Assembly (NCBI GenBank): GCA_964057225.1
Contig: CAXKVF010000073.1
Location: 1,302,001 to 1,366,000, forward strand
Direction: 5' to 3'
DNA from: Auanema rhodensis
Taxonomy: Eukaryota; Animalia; Nematoda
Length of the DNA: 64,000 bases
In this document: positions 1 through 12,495 of the stretch, one piece after another
How positions within the stretch are numbered: the stretch's first letter is position 1
Layout: each line of letters opens with the position of its first letter
The notes under the pieces: model-generated
Databases searched by the model: none
What the model was told of the DNA's origin: nothing
The model's input: the letters and a program-made list of their open reading frames with translations, nothing else
Position numbers and translations under genes: made by a program

Positions 1-98
1 CAAAGTCATGGTTACCATGCACCAATATCAATAAAAATTTGTTTTTAGACTAATATGGACCTGGGGAATCTAATTTTGAAAACCGCATCTCTTCATCT

Positions 99-173
99 TT
101 CACGTGAAGCGAGTTACATACCAAGTGCACATCACGTGTACAATTAATTAGCATAAATTAAAGTTCACGTAAA
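99..173. other. Three TCACGT(G) motifs per monomer (E-box/G-box-like); first monomer shown as representative
   Basis: TTCACGTGAA at 99-108, ATCACGTGTA at 131-140, TTCACGTAAA at 164-173. The motifs are directly visible; protein binding is untested. Confidence 0.6.
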
Positions 174-357
174 TTTCAAAGTCATGGTTACCATGCACCA
201 ATATCAATAAAAATTTGTTTTTAGACTAATATGGACATGGGGAATCTAATTTTGAAAACCGCATCTCTTTATCTTTCACGTGAAGCGAGTTACATACCAA
301 GTGCACATCACGTGTACATTTAATTAGCATAAATTAAAGTTCACGTAAATTTCAAAG

Positions 358-372
358 TCATGGTTACCATGA
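358..372. other. 15-bp interrupted palindrome TCATGGT-T-ACCATGA in each consensus monomer (representative copy)
   Basis: Perfect 7-bp arms around a central T at monomer positions 6-20; contains a BstEII site GGTNACC. Confidence 0.85.
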
Positions 373-3300
373 ACCAATATCAATAAAAATTTGTTTTTAG
401 ACTAATATGGACATGGGGAATCTAATTTTGAAAACCGCATCTCTTTATCTTTCACGTGAAGCGAGTTACATACCAAGTGCACATCACGTGTACATTTAAT
501 TAGCATAAATTAAAGTTCACATAAATTTCAAAGTCATGGTTACCATGAACCAATATCAATAAAAATTTGTTTTTAGACTAATATGGACATGGGGAATCTA
601 ATTTTGAAAACCGCATCTCTTCATCTTTCACGTGAAGCGAGTTACATACCAAGTGCACATCACGTGTACATTTAATTAGCATAAATTAAAGTTCACGTAA
701 ATTTCAAAGTCATGGTTACCATGCACCAATATCAATAAAAATTTGTTTTTAGACTAATATGGACATGGGGAATCTAATTTTGAAAACCGCATCTCTTTAT
801 CTTTCACGTGAAGCGAGTTACATACCAAGTGCACATCACGTGTACATTTAATTAGCATAAATTAAAGTTCACGTAAATTTCAAAGTCATGGTTACCATGC
901 ACCAATATCAATAAAAATTCGTTTTTAGACTAATATGGACATGGGGAATCTAATTTTGAAAACCGCATCTCTTCATCTTTCACGTGAAGCGAGTTACATA
1001 CCAAGTGCACATCACGTGTACTTTTAATTAGCATAAATTAAAGTTCACGTAAATTTCAAAGTCATGGTTACCATGCACCAATATCAATAAAAATTTGTTT
1101 TTAGACTAATATGGACATGGGGAATCTAATTTTGAAAACCGCATCTCTTTATCTTTCACGTGAAGCGAGTTACATACCAAGTGCACATCACGTGTACATT
1201 TAATTAGCATAAATTAAAGTTCACGTAAATTTCAAAGTCATGGTTACCATGAACCAATATCAATAAAAATTTGTTTTTAGACTAATATGGACATGGGGAA
1301 TCTAATTTTGAAAACCGCATCTCTTTATCTTTCACGTGAAGCGAGTTACATACCAAGTGCACATCACGTGTACATTTAATTAGCATAAATTAAAGTTCAC
1401 GTAAATTTCAAAGTCATGGTTACCATGAACCAATATCAATAAAAATTTGTTTTTAGACTAATATGGACATGGGGAATCTAATTTTGAAAACCGCATCTCT
1501 TCATCTTTCACGTGAAGCGAGTTACATACCAAGTGCACATCACGTGTACATTTAATTAGCATAAATTAAAGTTCACGTAAATTTCAAAGTCATGGTTACC
1601 ATGCACCAATATCAATAAAAATTTGTTTTTAGACTAATATGGACATGGGGAATCTAATTTTGAAAACCGCATCTCTTTATCTTTCACGTGAAGCGAGTTA
1701 CATACCAAGTGCACATCACGTGTACATTTAATTAGCATAAATTAAAGTTCACGTAAATTTCAAAGTCATGGTTACCATGAAGCAATATCAATAAAAATTT
1801 GTTTTTAGACTAATATGGAAATGAGGAATCTAATTTTGAAAACCGCATCTCTTTATCTTTCACGTGAAGCGAGTTACATACCAAGTGCACATCACGTGTA
1901 CATTTAATTAGCATAAATTAAAGTTCACGTAAATTTCAAAGTCATGGTTACCATGAACCAATATCAATAAAAATTTGTTTTTAGACTAATATGGACATGG
2001 GGAATCTAATTTTGAAAACCGCATCTCTTTATCTTTCACGTGAAGCGAGTTACATACCAAGTGCACATCACGTGTACATTTAATTAGCATAAATTAAAGT
2101 TCACGTAAATTTCAAAGTCATGGTTACCATGAAGCAATATCAATAAAAATTTGTTTTTAGACTAATATGGACATGGGGAATCTAATTTTGAAAACCGCAT
2201 CTCTTTATCTTTCACGTGAAGCGAGTTACATACCAAGTGCACATCACGTGTACATTTAATTAGCATTAATTAAAGTTCACGTAAATTTCAAAGTCATGGT
2301 TACCATGAACCAATATCAATAAAAATTTGTTTTTAGACTAATATGGACATGGGGAATCTAATTTTGAAAACCGCATCTCTTTATCTTTCACGTGAAGCGA
2401 GTTACATACCAAGTGCACATCACGTGTACATTTAATTAGCATAAATTAAAGTTCACGTAAATTTCAAAGTCATGGTTACCATGAAGCAATATCAATAAAA
2501 ATTTGTTTTTAGACTAATATGGACATGGGGAATCTAATTTTGAAAACCGCATCTCTTTATCTTTCACGTGAAGCGAGTTACATACCAAGTGCACATCACG
2601 TGTACATTTAATTAGCATTAATTAAAGTTCACGTAAATTTCAAAGTCATGGTTACGATGAACCAATATCAATAAAAATTTGTTTTTAGACTAATATGGAC
2701 ATGGGGAATCTAATTTTGAAAACCGCATCTCTTTATCTTTCACGTGAAGCGAGTTACATACCAAGTGCACATCACGTGTACATTTAATTAGCATAAATTA
2801 AAGTTCACGTAAATTTCAAAGTCATGGTTACCATGAACTAATATCAATAAAAATTTGTTTTTAGACTAATATGGACATGGGGAATCTAATTTTGAAAACC
2901 GCATCTCTTTATCTTTCACGTGAAGCGAGTTACATACCAAGTGCACATCACGTGTACATTTAATTAGCATAAATTAAAGTTCACGTAAATTTCAAAGTCA
3001 TGGTTACCATGAACCAATATCAATAAAAATTTGTTTTTAGACTAATATGGACATGGGGAATCTAATTTTGAAAACCGCATCTCTTTATCTTTCACGTGAA
3101 GCGAGTTACATACCAAGTGCACATCACGTGTACATTTAATTAGCATAAATTAAAGTTCACGGAAATTTCAAAGTCATGGTTACCATGAAGCAATATCAAT
3201 AAAAATTTGTTTTTAGACTAATATGGACATGGGGAATCTAATTTTGAAAACCGCATCTCTTTATCTTTCACGTGAAGCGAGTTACATACCAAGTGCACAT

Positions 3301-6300
3301 CACGTGTACATTTAATTAGCATAAATTAAAGTTCACGTAAATTTCAAAGTCATGGTTACCATGAACCAATATCAATAAAAATTTGTTTTTAGACTAATAT
3401 GGACATGGGGAATCTAATTTTGAAAACCGCATCTCTTTATCTTTCACGTGAAGCGAGTTACATACCAAGTGCACATCACGTGTACATTTAATTAGCATAA
3501 ATTAAAGTTCACGTAAATTTCAAAGTCATGGTTACCATGAACCAATATCAATAAAAATTTGTTTTTAGACTAATATGGACATGGGGAATCCAATTTTGAA
3601 AACCGCATTTCTTTATCTTTCACGTGAAGCGAGTTACATACCAAGTGCACATCACGTGTACATTTAATTAGCATAAATTAAAGTTCACGTAAATTTCAAA
3701 GTCATGGTTACCATGAAGCAATATCAATAAAAATTTGTTTTTAGACTAATATGGACATGGGGAATCTAATTTTGAAAACCGCATCTCTTTATCTTTCACG
3801 TGAAGCGAGTTACATACCAAGTGCACATCACGTGTACATTTAATTAGCATTAATTAAAGTTCACGTAAATTTCAAAGTCATGGTTACCATGAACCAATAT
3901 CAATAAAAATTTGTTTTTAGACTAATATGGACATGGGGAATCTAATTTTGAAAACCGCATCTCTTTATCTTTCACGTGAAGCGAGTTACATACCAAGTGC
4001 ACATCACGTGTACATTTAATTAGCATAAATTAAAGTTCACGTAAATTTCAAAGTCATGGTTACCATGAAGCAATATCAATAAAAATTTGTTTTTAGACTA
4101 ATATGGACATGGGGAATCTAATTTTGAAAACCGCATCTCTTTATCTTTCACGTGAAGCGAGTTACATACCAAGTGCACATCACGTGTACATTTAATTAGC
4201 ATTAATTAAAGTTCACGTAAATTTCAAAGTCATGGTTACCATGAACCAATATCAATAAAAATTTGTTTTTAGACTAATATGGACATGGGGAATCTAATTT
4301 TGAAAACCGCATCTCTTTATCTTTCACGTGAAGCGAGTTACATACCAAGTGCACATCACGTGTACATTTAATTAGCATAAATTAAAGTTCACGTAAATTT
4401 CAAAGTCATGGTTACCATGAAGCAATATCAATAAAAATTTGTTTTTAGACTAATATGGACATGGGGAATCTAATTTTGAAAACCGCATCTCTTTATCTTT
4501 CACGTGAAGCGAGTTACATACCAAGTGCACATCACGTGTACATTTAATTAGCATAAATTAAAGTTCACGTAAATTTCAAAGTCATGGTTACCATGAAGCA
4601 ATATCAATAAAAATTTGTTTTTAGACTAATATGGACATGGGGAATCTAATTTTGAAAACCGCATCTCTTTATCTTTCACGTGAAGCGAGTTACATACCAA
4701 GTGCACATCACGTGTACATTTAATTAGCATAAATTAAAGTTCACGTAAATTTCAAAGTCATGGTTACCATGAACTAATATCAATAAAAATTTGTTTTTAG
4801 ACTAATATGGACATGGGGAATCTAATTTTGAAAACCGCATCTCTTTATCTTTCACGTGAAGCGAGTTACATACCAAGTGCACATCACGTGTACATTTAAT
4901 TAGCATAAATTAAAGTTCACGTAAATTTCAAAGTCATGGTTACCATGAACTAATATCAATAAAAATTTGTTTTTAGACTAATATGGACATGGGGAATCTA
5001 ATTTTGAAAACCGCATCTCTTTATCTTTCACGTGAAGCGAGTTACATACCAAGTGCACATCACGTGTACATTTAATTAGCATAAATTAAAGTTCACGTAA
5101 ATTTCAAAGTCATGGTTACCATGAACTAATATCAATAAAAATTTGTTTTTAGACTAATATGGACATGGGGAATCTAATTTTGAAAACCGCATCTCTTTAT
5201 CTTTCACGTGAAGCGAGTTACATACCAAGTGCACATCACGTGTACATTTAATTAGCATAAATTAAAGTTCACGTAAATTTCAAAGTCATGGTTACCATGA
5301 ACCAATATCAATAAAAATTTGTTTTTAGACTAATATGGACATGGGGAATCTAATTTTGAAAACCGCATCTCTTTATCTTTCACGTGAAGCGAGTTACATA
5401 CCAAGTGCACATCACGTGTACATTTAATTAGCATAAATTAAAGTTCACGGAAATTTCAAAGTCATGGTTACCATGAAGCAATATCAATAAAAATTTGTTT
5501 TTAGACTAATATGGACATGGGGAATCTAATTTTGAAAACCGCATCTCTTTATCTTTCACGTGAAGCGAGTTACATACCAAGTGCACATCACGTGTACATT
5601 TAATTAGCATAAATTAAAGTTCACGTAAATTTCAAAGTCATGGTTACCATGAACCAATATCAATAAAAATTTGTTTTTAGACTAATATGGACATGGGGAA
5701 TCTAATTTTGAAAACCGCATCTCTTCATCTTTCACGTGAAGCGAGTTACATACCAAGTGCACATCACGTGTACATTTAATTAGCATAAATTAAAGTTCAC
5801 GTAAATTTCAAAGTCATGGTTACCATGAACCAATATCAATAAAAATTTGTTTTTAGACTAATATGGACATGGGGAATCTAATTTTGAAAACCGCATCTCT
5901 TTATCTTTCACGTGAAGCGAGTTACATACCAAGTGCACATCACGTGTACATTTAATTAGCATAAATTAAAGTTCACGTAAATTTCAAAGTCATGGTTACC
6001 ATGAACCAATATCAATAAAAATTTGTTTTTAGACTAATATGGACATGGGGAATCTAATTTTGAAAACCGCATCTCTTTATCTTTCACGTGAAGCGAGTTA
6101 CATACCAAGTGCACATCACGTGTACATTTAATTAGCATAAATTAAAGTTCACGTAAATTTCAAAGTCATGGTTACCATGAACTAATATCAATAAAAATTT
6201 GTTTTTAGACTAATATGGACATGGGGAATCTAATTTTGAAAACCGCATCTCTTTATCTTTCACGTGAAGCGAGTTACATACCAAGTGCACATCACGTGTA

Positions 6301-9300
6301 CATTTAATTAGCATAAATTAAAGTTCACGTAAATTTCAAAGTCATGGTTACCATGAACCAATATCAATAAAAATTTGTTTTTAGACTAATATGGACATGG
6401 GGAATCTAATTTTGAAAACCGCATCTCTTTATCTTTCACGTGAAGCGAGTTACATACCAAGTGCACATCACGTGTACATTTAATTAGCATAAATTAAAGT
6501 TCACGTAAATTTCAAAGTCATGGTTACCATGAACTAATATCAATAAAAATTTGTTTTTAGACTAATATGGACATGGGGAATCTAATTTTGAAAACCGCAT
6601 CTCTTTATCTTTCACGTGAAGCGAGTTACATACCAAGTGCACATCACGTGTACATTTAATTAGCATAAATTAAAGTTCACGTAAATTTCAAAGTCATGGT
6701 TACCATGAACTAATATCAATAAAAATTTGTTTTTAGACTAATATGGACATGGGGAATCAAATTTTGAAAACCGCATCTCTTTATCTTTCACGTGAAGCGA
6801 GTTACATACCAAGTGCACATCACGTTTACATTTAATTAGCATAAATTAAAGTTCACGTAAATTTCAAAGTCATGGTTACCATGAACCAATATCAATAAAA
6901 ATTTGTTTTTAGACTAATATGGACATGGGGAATCTAATTTTGAAAACCGCATCTCTTTATCTTTCACGTGAAGCGAGTTACATACCAAGTGCACATCACG
7001 TGTACATTTAATTAGCATAAATTAAAGTTCACGTAAATTTCAAAGTCATGGTTACCATGAACTAATATCAATAAAAATTTGTTTTTAGACTAATATGGAC
7101 ATGGGGAATCTAATTTTGAAAACCGCATCTCTTTATCTTTCACGTGAAGCGAGTTACATACCAAGTGCACATCACGTGTACATTTAATTAGCATAAATTA
7201 AAGTTCACGTAAATTTCAAAGTCATGGTTACCATGAACTAATATCAATAAAAATTTGTTTTTAGACTAATATGGACATGGGGAATCTAATTTTGAAAACC
7301 GCATCTCTTTATCTTTCACGTGAAGCGAGTTACATACCAAGTGCACATCACGTGTACATTTAATTAGCATAAATTAAAGTTCACGTAAATTTCAAAGTCA
7401 TGGTTACCATGAACCAATATCAATAAAAATTTGTTTTTAGACTAATATGGACATGGGGAATCTAATTTTGAAAACCGCATCTCTTTATCTTTCACGTGAA
7501 GCGAGTTACATACCAAGTGCACATCACGTGTACATTTAATTAGCATAAATTAAAGTTCACGTAAATTTCAAAGTCATGGTTACCATGAAGCAATATCAAT
7601 AAAAATTTGTTTTTAGACTAATATGGACATGGGGAATCTAATTTTGAAAACCGCATCTCTTTATCTTTCACGTGAAGCGAGTTACATACCAAGTGCACAT
7701 CACGTGTACATTTAATTAGCATTAATTAAAGTTCACGTAAATTTCAAAGTCATGGTTACCATGAACCAATATCAATAAAAATTTGTTTTTAGACTAATAT
7801 GGACATGGGGAATCTAATTTTGAAAACCGCATCTCTTTATCTTTCACGTGAAGCGAGTTACATACCAAGTGCACATCACGTGTACATTTAATTAGCATAA
7901 ATTAAAGTTCACGTAAATTTCAAAGTCATGGTTACCATGAAGCAATATCAATAAAAATTTGTTTTTAGACTAATATGGACATGGGGAATCTAATTTTGAA
8001 AACCGCATCTCTTTATCTTTCACGTGAAGCGAGTTACATACCAAGTGCACATCACGTGTACATTTAATTAGCATTAATTAAAGTTCACGTAAATTTCAAA
8101 GTCATGGTTACCATGAACCAATATCAATAAAAATTTGTTTTTAGACTAATATGGACATGGGGAATCTAATTTTGAAAACCGCATCTCTTTATCTTTCACG
8201 TGAAGCGAGTTACATACCAAGTGCACATCACGTGTACATTTAATTAGCATAAATTAAAGTTCACGTAAATTTCAAAGTCATGGTTACCATGAACTAATAT
8301 CAATAAAAATTTGTTTTTAGACTAATATGGACATGGGGAATCTAATTTTGAAAACCGCATCTCTTTATCTTTCACGTGAAGCGAGTTACATACCAAGTGC
8401 ACATCACGTGTACATTTAATTAGCATAAATTAAAGTTCACGTAAATTTCAAAGTCATGGTTACCATGAACTAATATCAATAAAAATTTGTTTTTAGACTA
8501 ATATGGACATGGGGAATCTAATTTTGAAAACCGCATCTCTTTATCTTTCACGTGAAGCGAGTTACATACCAAGTGCACATCACGTGTACATTTAATTAGC
8601 ATAAATTAAAGTTCACGTAAATTTCAAAGTCATGGTTACCATGAACCAATATCAATAAAAATTTGTTTTTAGACTAATATGGACATGGGGAATCCAATTT
8701 TGAAAACCGCATCTCTTTATCTTTCACGTGAAGCGAGTTACATACCAAGTGCACATCACGTGTACATTTAATTAGCATAAATTAAAGTTCACGTAAATTT
8801 CAAAGTCATGGTTACCATGAACCAATGTCAATAAAAATTTGTTTTTAGACTAATATGGACATGGGGAATCTAATTTTGAAAACCGCATCTCTTTATCTTT
8901 CACGTGAAGCGAGTTACATACCAAGTGCACATCACGTGTACATTTAATTAGCATAAATTAAAGTTCACGTAAATTTCAAAGTCATGGTTACCATGAACCA
9001 ATATCAATAAAAATTTGTTTTTAGACTAATATGGACATGGGGAATCCAATTTTGAAAACCGCATTTCTTTATCTTTCACGTGAAGCGAGTTACATACCAA
9101 GTGCACATCACGTGTACATTTAATTAGCATAAATTAAAGTTCACGTAAATTTCAAAGTCATGGTTACCATGAACTAATATCAATAAAAATTTGTTTTTAG
9201 ACTAATATGGACATGGGGAATCTAATTTTGAAAACCGCATCTCTTTATCTTTCACGTGAAGCGAGTTACATACCAAGTGCACATCACGTGTACATTTAAT

Positions 9301-10735
9301 TAGCATAAATTAAAGTTCACGTAAATTTCAAAGTCATGGTTACCATGAACTAATATCAATAAAAATTTGTTTTTAGACTAATATGGACATGGGGAATCTA
9401 ATTTTGAAAACCGCATCTCTTTATCTTTCATGTGAAGCGAGTTACATACCAAGTGCACATCACGTGTACATTTAATTAGCATTAATTAAAGTTCACGTAA
9501 ATTTCAAAGTCATGGTTACCATGAACCAATATCAATAAAAATTTGTTTTTAGACTAATATGGACATGGGGAATCTAATTTTGAAAACCGCATCTCTTTAT
9601 CTTTCACGTGAAGCGAGTTACATACCAAGTGCACATCACGTGTACATTTAATTAGCATAAATTAAAGTTCACGTAAATTTCAAAGTCATGGTTACCATGA
9701 ACTAATATCAATAAAAATTTGTTTTTAGACTAATATGGACATGGGGAATCTAATTTTGAAAACCGCATCTCTTTATCTTTCACGTGAGCGAGTTACATAC
9801 CAAGTGCACATCACGTGTACATTTAATTAGCATAAATTAAAGTTCACGTAAATTTCAAAGTCATGGTTACCATGAACCAATATCAATAAAAATTTGTTTT
9901 TAGACTAATATGGACATGGGGAATCTAATTTTGAAAACCGCATCTCTTTATCTTTCACGTGAAGCGAGTTACATACCAAGTGCACATCACGTGTACATTT
10001 AATTAGCATAAATTAAAGTTCACGTAAATTTCAAAGTCATGGTTACCATGAAGCAATATCAATAAAAATTTGTTTTTAGACTAATATGGACATGGGGAAT
10101 CTAATTTTGAAAACCGCATCTCTTTATCTTTCACGTGAAGCGAGTTACATACCAAGTGCACATCACGTGTACATTTAATTAGCATTAATTAAAGTTCACG
10201 TAAATTTCAAAGTCATGGTTACCATGAACCAATATCAATAAAAATTTGTTTTTAGACTAATATGGACATGGGGAATCTAATTTTGAAAACCGCATCTCTT
10301 TATCTTTCACGTGAAGCGAGTTACATACCAAATGCACATCACGTGTACATTTAATTAGCATAAATTAAAGTTCACGTAAATTTCAAAGTCATGGTTACCA
10401 TGAAGCAATATCAATAAAAATTTGTTTTTAGACTAATATGGACATGGGGAATCTAATTTTGAAAACCGCATCTCTTTATCTTTCACGTGAAGCGAGTTAC
10501 ATACCAAGTGCACATCACGTGTACATTTAATTAGCATTAATTAAAGTTCACGTAAATTTCAAAGTCATGGTTACCATGAACCAATATCAATAAAAATTTG
10601 TTTTTAGACTAATATGGACATGGGGAATCTAATTTTGAAAACCGCATCTCTTTATCTTTCACGTGAAGCGAGTTACATACCAAGTGCACATCACGTGTAC
10701 ATTTAATTAGCATAAATTAAAGTTCACGTAAATTT

Positions 10736-12495
10736 CAAAGTCATGGTTACCATGAACCAATATCAATAAAAATTTGTTTTTAGACTAATATGGACATGGG
10801 GAATCCAATTTTGAAAACCGCATCTCTTTATCTTTCACGTGAAGCGAGTTACATACCAAGTGCACATCACGTGTACATTTAATTAGCATAAATTAAAGTT
10901 CACGTAAATTTCAAAGTCATGGTTACCATGAACCAATGTCAATAAAAATTTGTTTTTAGACTAATATGGACATGGGGAATCTAATTTTGAAAACCGCATC
11001 TCTTTATCTTTCACGTGAAGCGAGTTACATACCAAGTGCACATCACGTGTACATTTAATTAGCATAAATTAAAGTTCACGTAAATTTCAAAGTCATGGTT
11101 ACCATGAACCAATATCAATAAAAATTTGTTTTTAGACTAATATGGACATGGGGAATCCAATTTTGAAAACCGCATTTCTTTATCTTTCACGTGAAGCGAG
11201 TTACATACCAAGTGCACATCACGTGTACATTTAATTAGCATAAATTAAAGTTCACGTAAATTTCAAAGTCATGGTTACCATGAAGCAATATCAATAAAAA
11301 TTTGTTTTTAGACTAATATGGACATGGGGAATCCAATTTTGAAAACCGCATTTCTTTATCTTTCACGTGAAGCGAGTTACATACCAAGTGCACATCACGT
11401 GTACATTTAATTAGCATAAATTAAAGTTCACGTAAATTTCAAAGTCATGGTTACCATGAAGCAATATCAATAAAAATTTGTTTTTAGACTAATATGGACA
11501 TGGGGAATCTAATTTTGAAAACCGCATCTCTTTATCTTTCACGTGAAGCGAGTTACATACCAAGTGCACATCACGTGTACATTTAATTAGCATAAATTAA
11601 AGTTCACGTAAATTTCAAAGTCATGGTTACCATGAACCAATATCAATAAAAATTTGTTTTTAGACTAATATGGACATGGGGAATCCAATTTTGAAAACCG
11701 CATCTCTTTATCTTTCACGTGAAGCGAGTTACATACCAAGTGCACATCACGTGTACATTTAATTAGCATAAATTAAAGTTCACGTAAATTTCAAAGTCAT
11801 GGTTACCATGAACCAATGTCAATAAAAATTTGTTTTTAGACTAATATGGACATGGGGAATCTAATTTTGAAAACCGCATCTCTTTATCTTTCACGTGAAG
11901 CGAGTTACATACCAAGTGCACATCACGTGTACATTTAATTAGCATAAATTAAAGTTCACGTAAATTTCAAAGTCATGGTTACCATGAACCAATATCAATA
12001 AAAATTTGTTTTTAGACTAATATGGACATGGGGAATCCAATTTTGAAAACCGCATTTCTTTATCTTTCACGTGAAGCGAGTTACATACCAAGTGCACATC
12101 ACGTGTACATTTAATTAGCATAAATTAAAGTTCACGTAAATTTCAAAGTCATGGTTACCATGAAGCAATATCAATAAAAATTTGTTTTTAGACTAATATG
12201 GACATGGGGAATCCAATTTTGAAAACCGCATTTCTTTATCTTTCACGTGAAGCGAGTTACATACCAAGTGCACATCACGTGTACATTTAATTAGCATAAA
12301 TTAAAGTTCACGTAAATTTCAAAGTCATGGTTACCATGAAGCAATATCAATAAAAATTTGTTTTTAGACTAATATGGACATGGGGAATCTAATTTTGAAA
12401 ACCGCATCTCTTTATCTTTCACGTGAAGCGAGTTACATACCAAGTGCACATCACGTGTACATTTAATTAGCATTAATTAAAGTTCACGTAAATTT
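10736..12495. repeat. 5-monomer (880 bp) tandem duplication
   Basis: The monomer series T71C | A27G | T71C+C89T | C22G+T71C+C89T | C22G occurs at 10736-11615 and again at 11616-12495. The last monomer of copy 2 adds A155T. Confidence 0.85.

Noticed and set aside
30-35. AATAAA polyadenylation signal and TATA-like or terminator-like motifs
   Set aside because: These are expected by chance in 68% AT DNA and have no gene context.
1-176. Identity with Brassica CentBr (176 bp), Arabidopsis CEN178 or primate alpha satellite
   Set aside because: Only the length is similar. From memory the sequence does not resemble them (e.g. no HindIII AAGCTT). This was not database-checked.
1-176. Tandem 5S rRNA, tRNA, snRNA or spliced-leader gene array
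   Set aside because: No recognisable A/B/C boxes, cloverleaf or conserved RNA sequence.
131-260. Budding-yeast point centromere (CDEI-CDEII-CDEIII)
   Set aside because: ATCACGTG fits CDEI, but the following DNA is not a >90% AT CDEII, I see no convincing CDEIII, and point centromeres are not tandemly arrayed.
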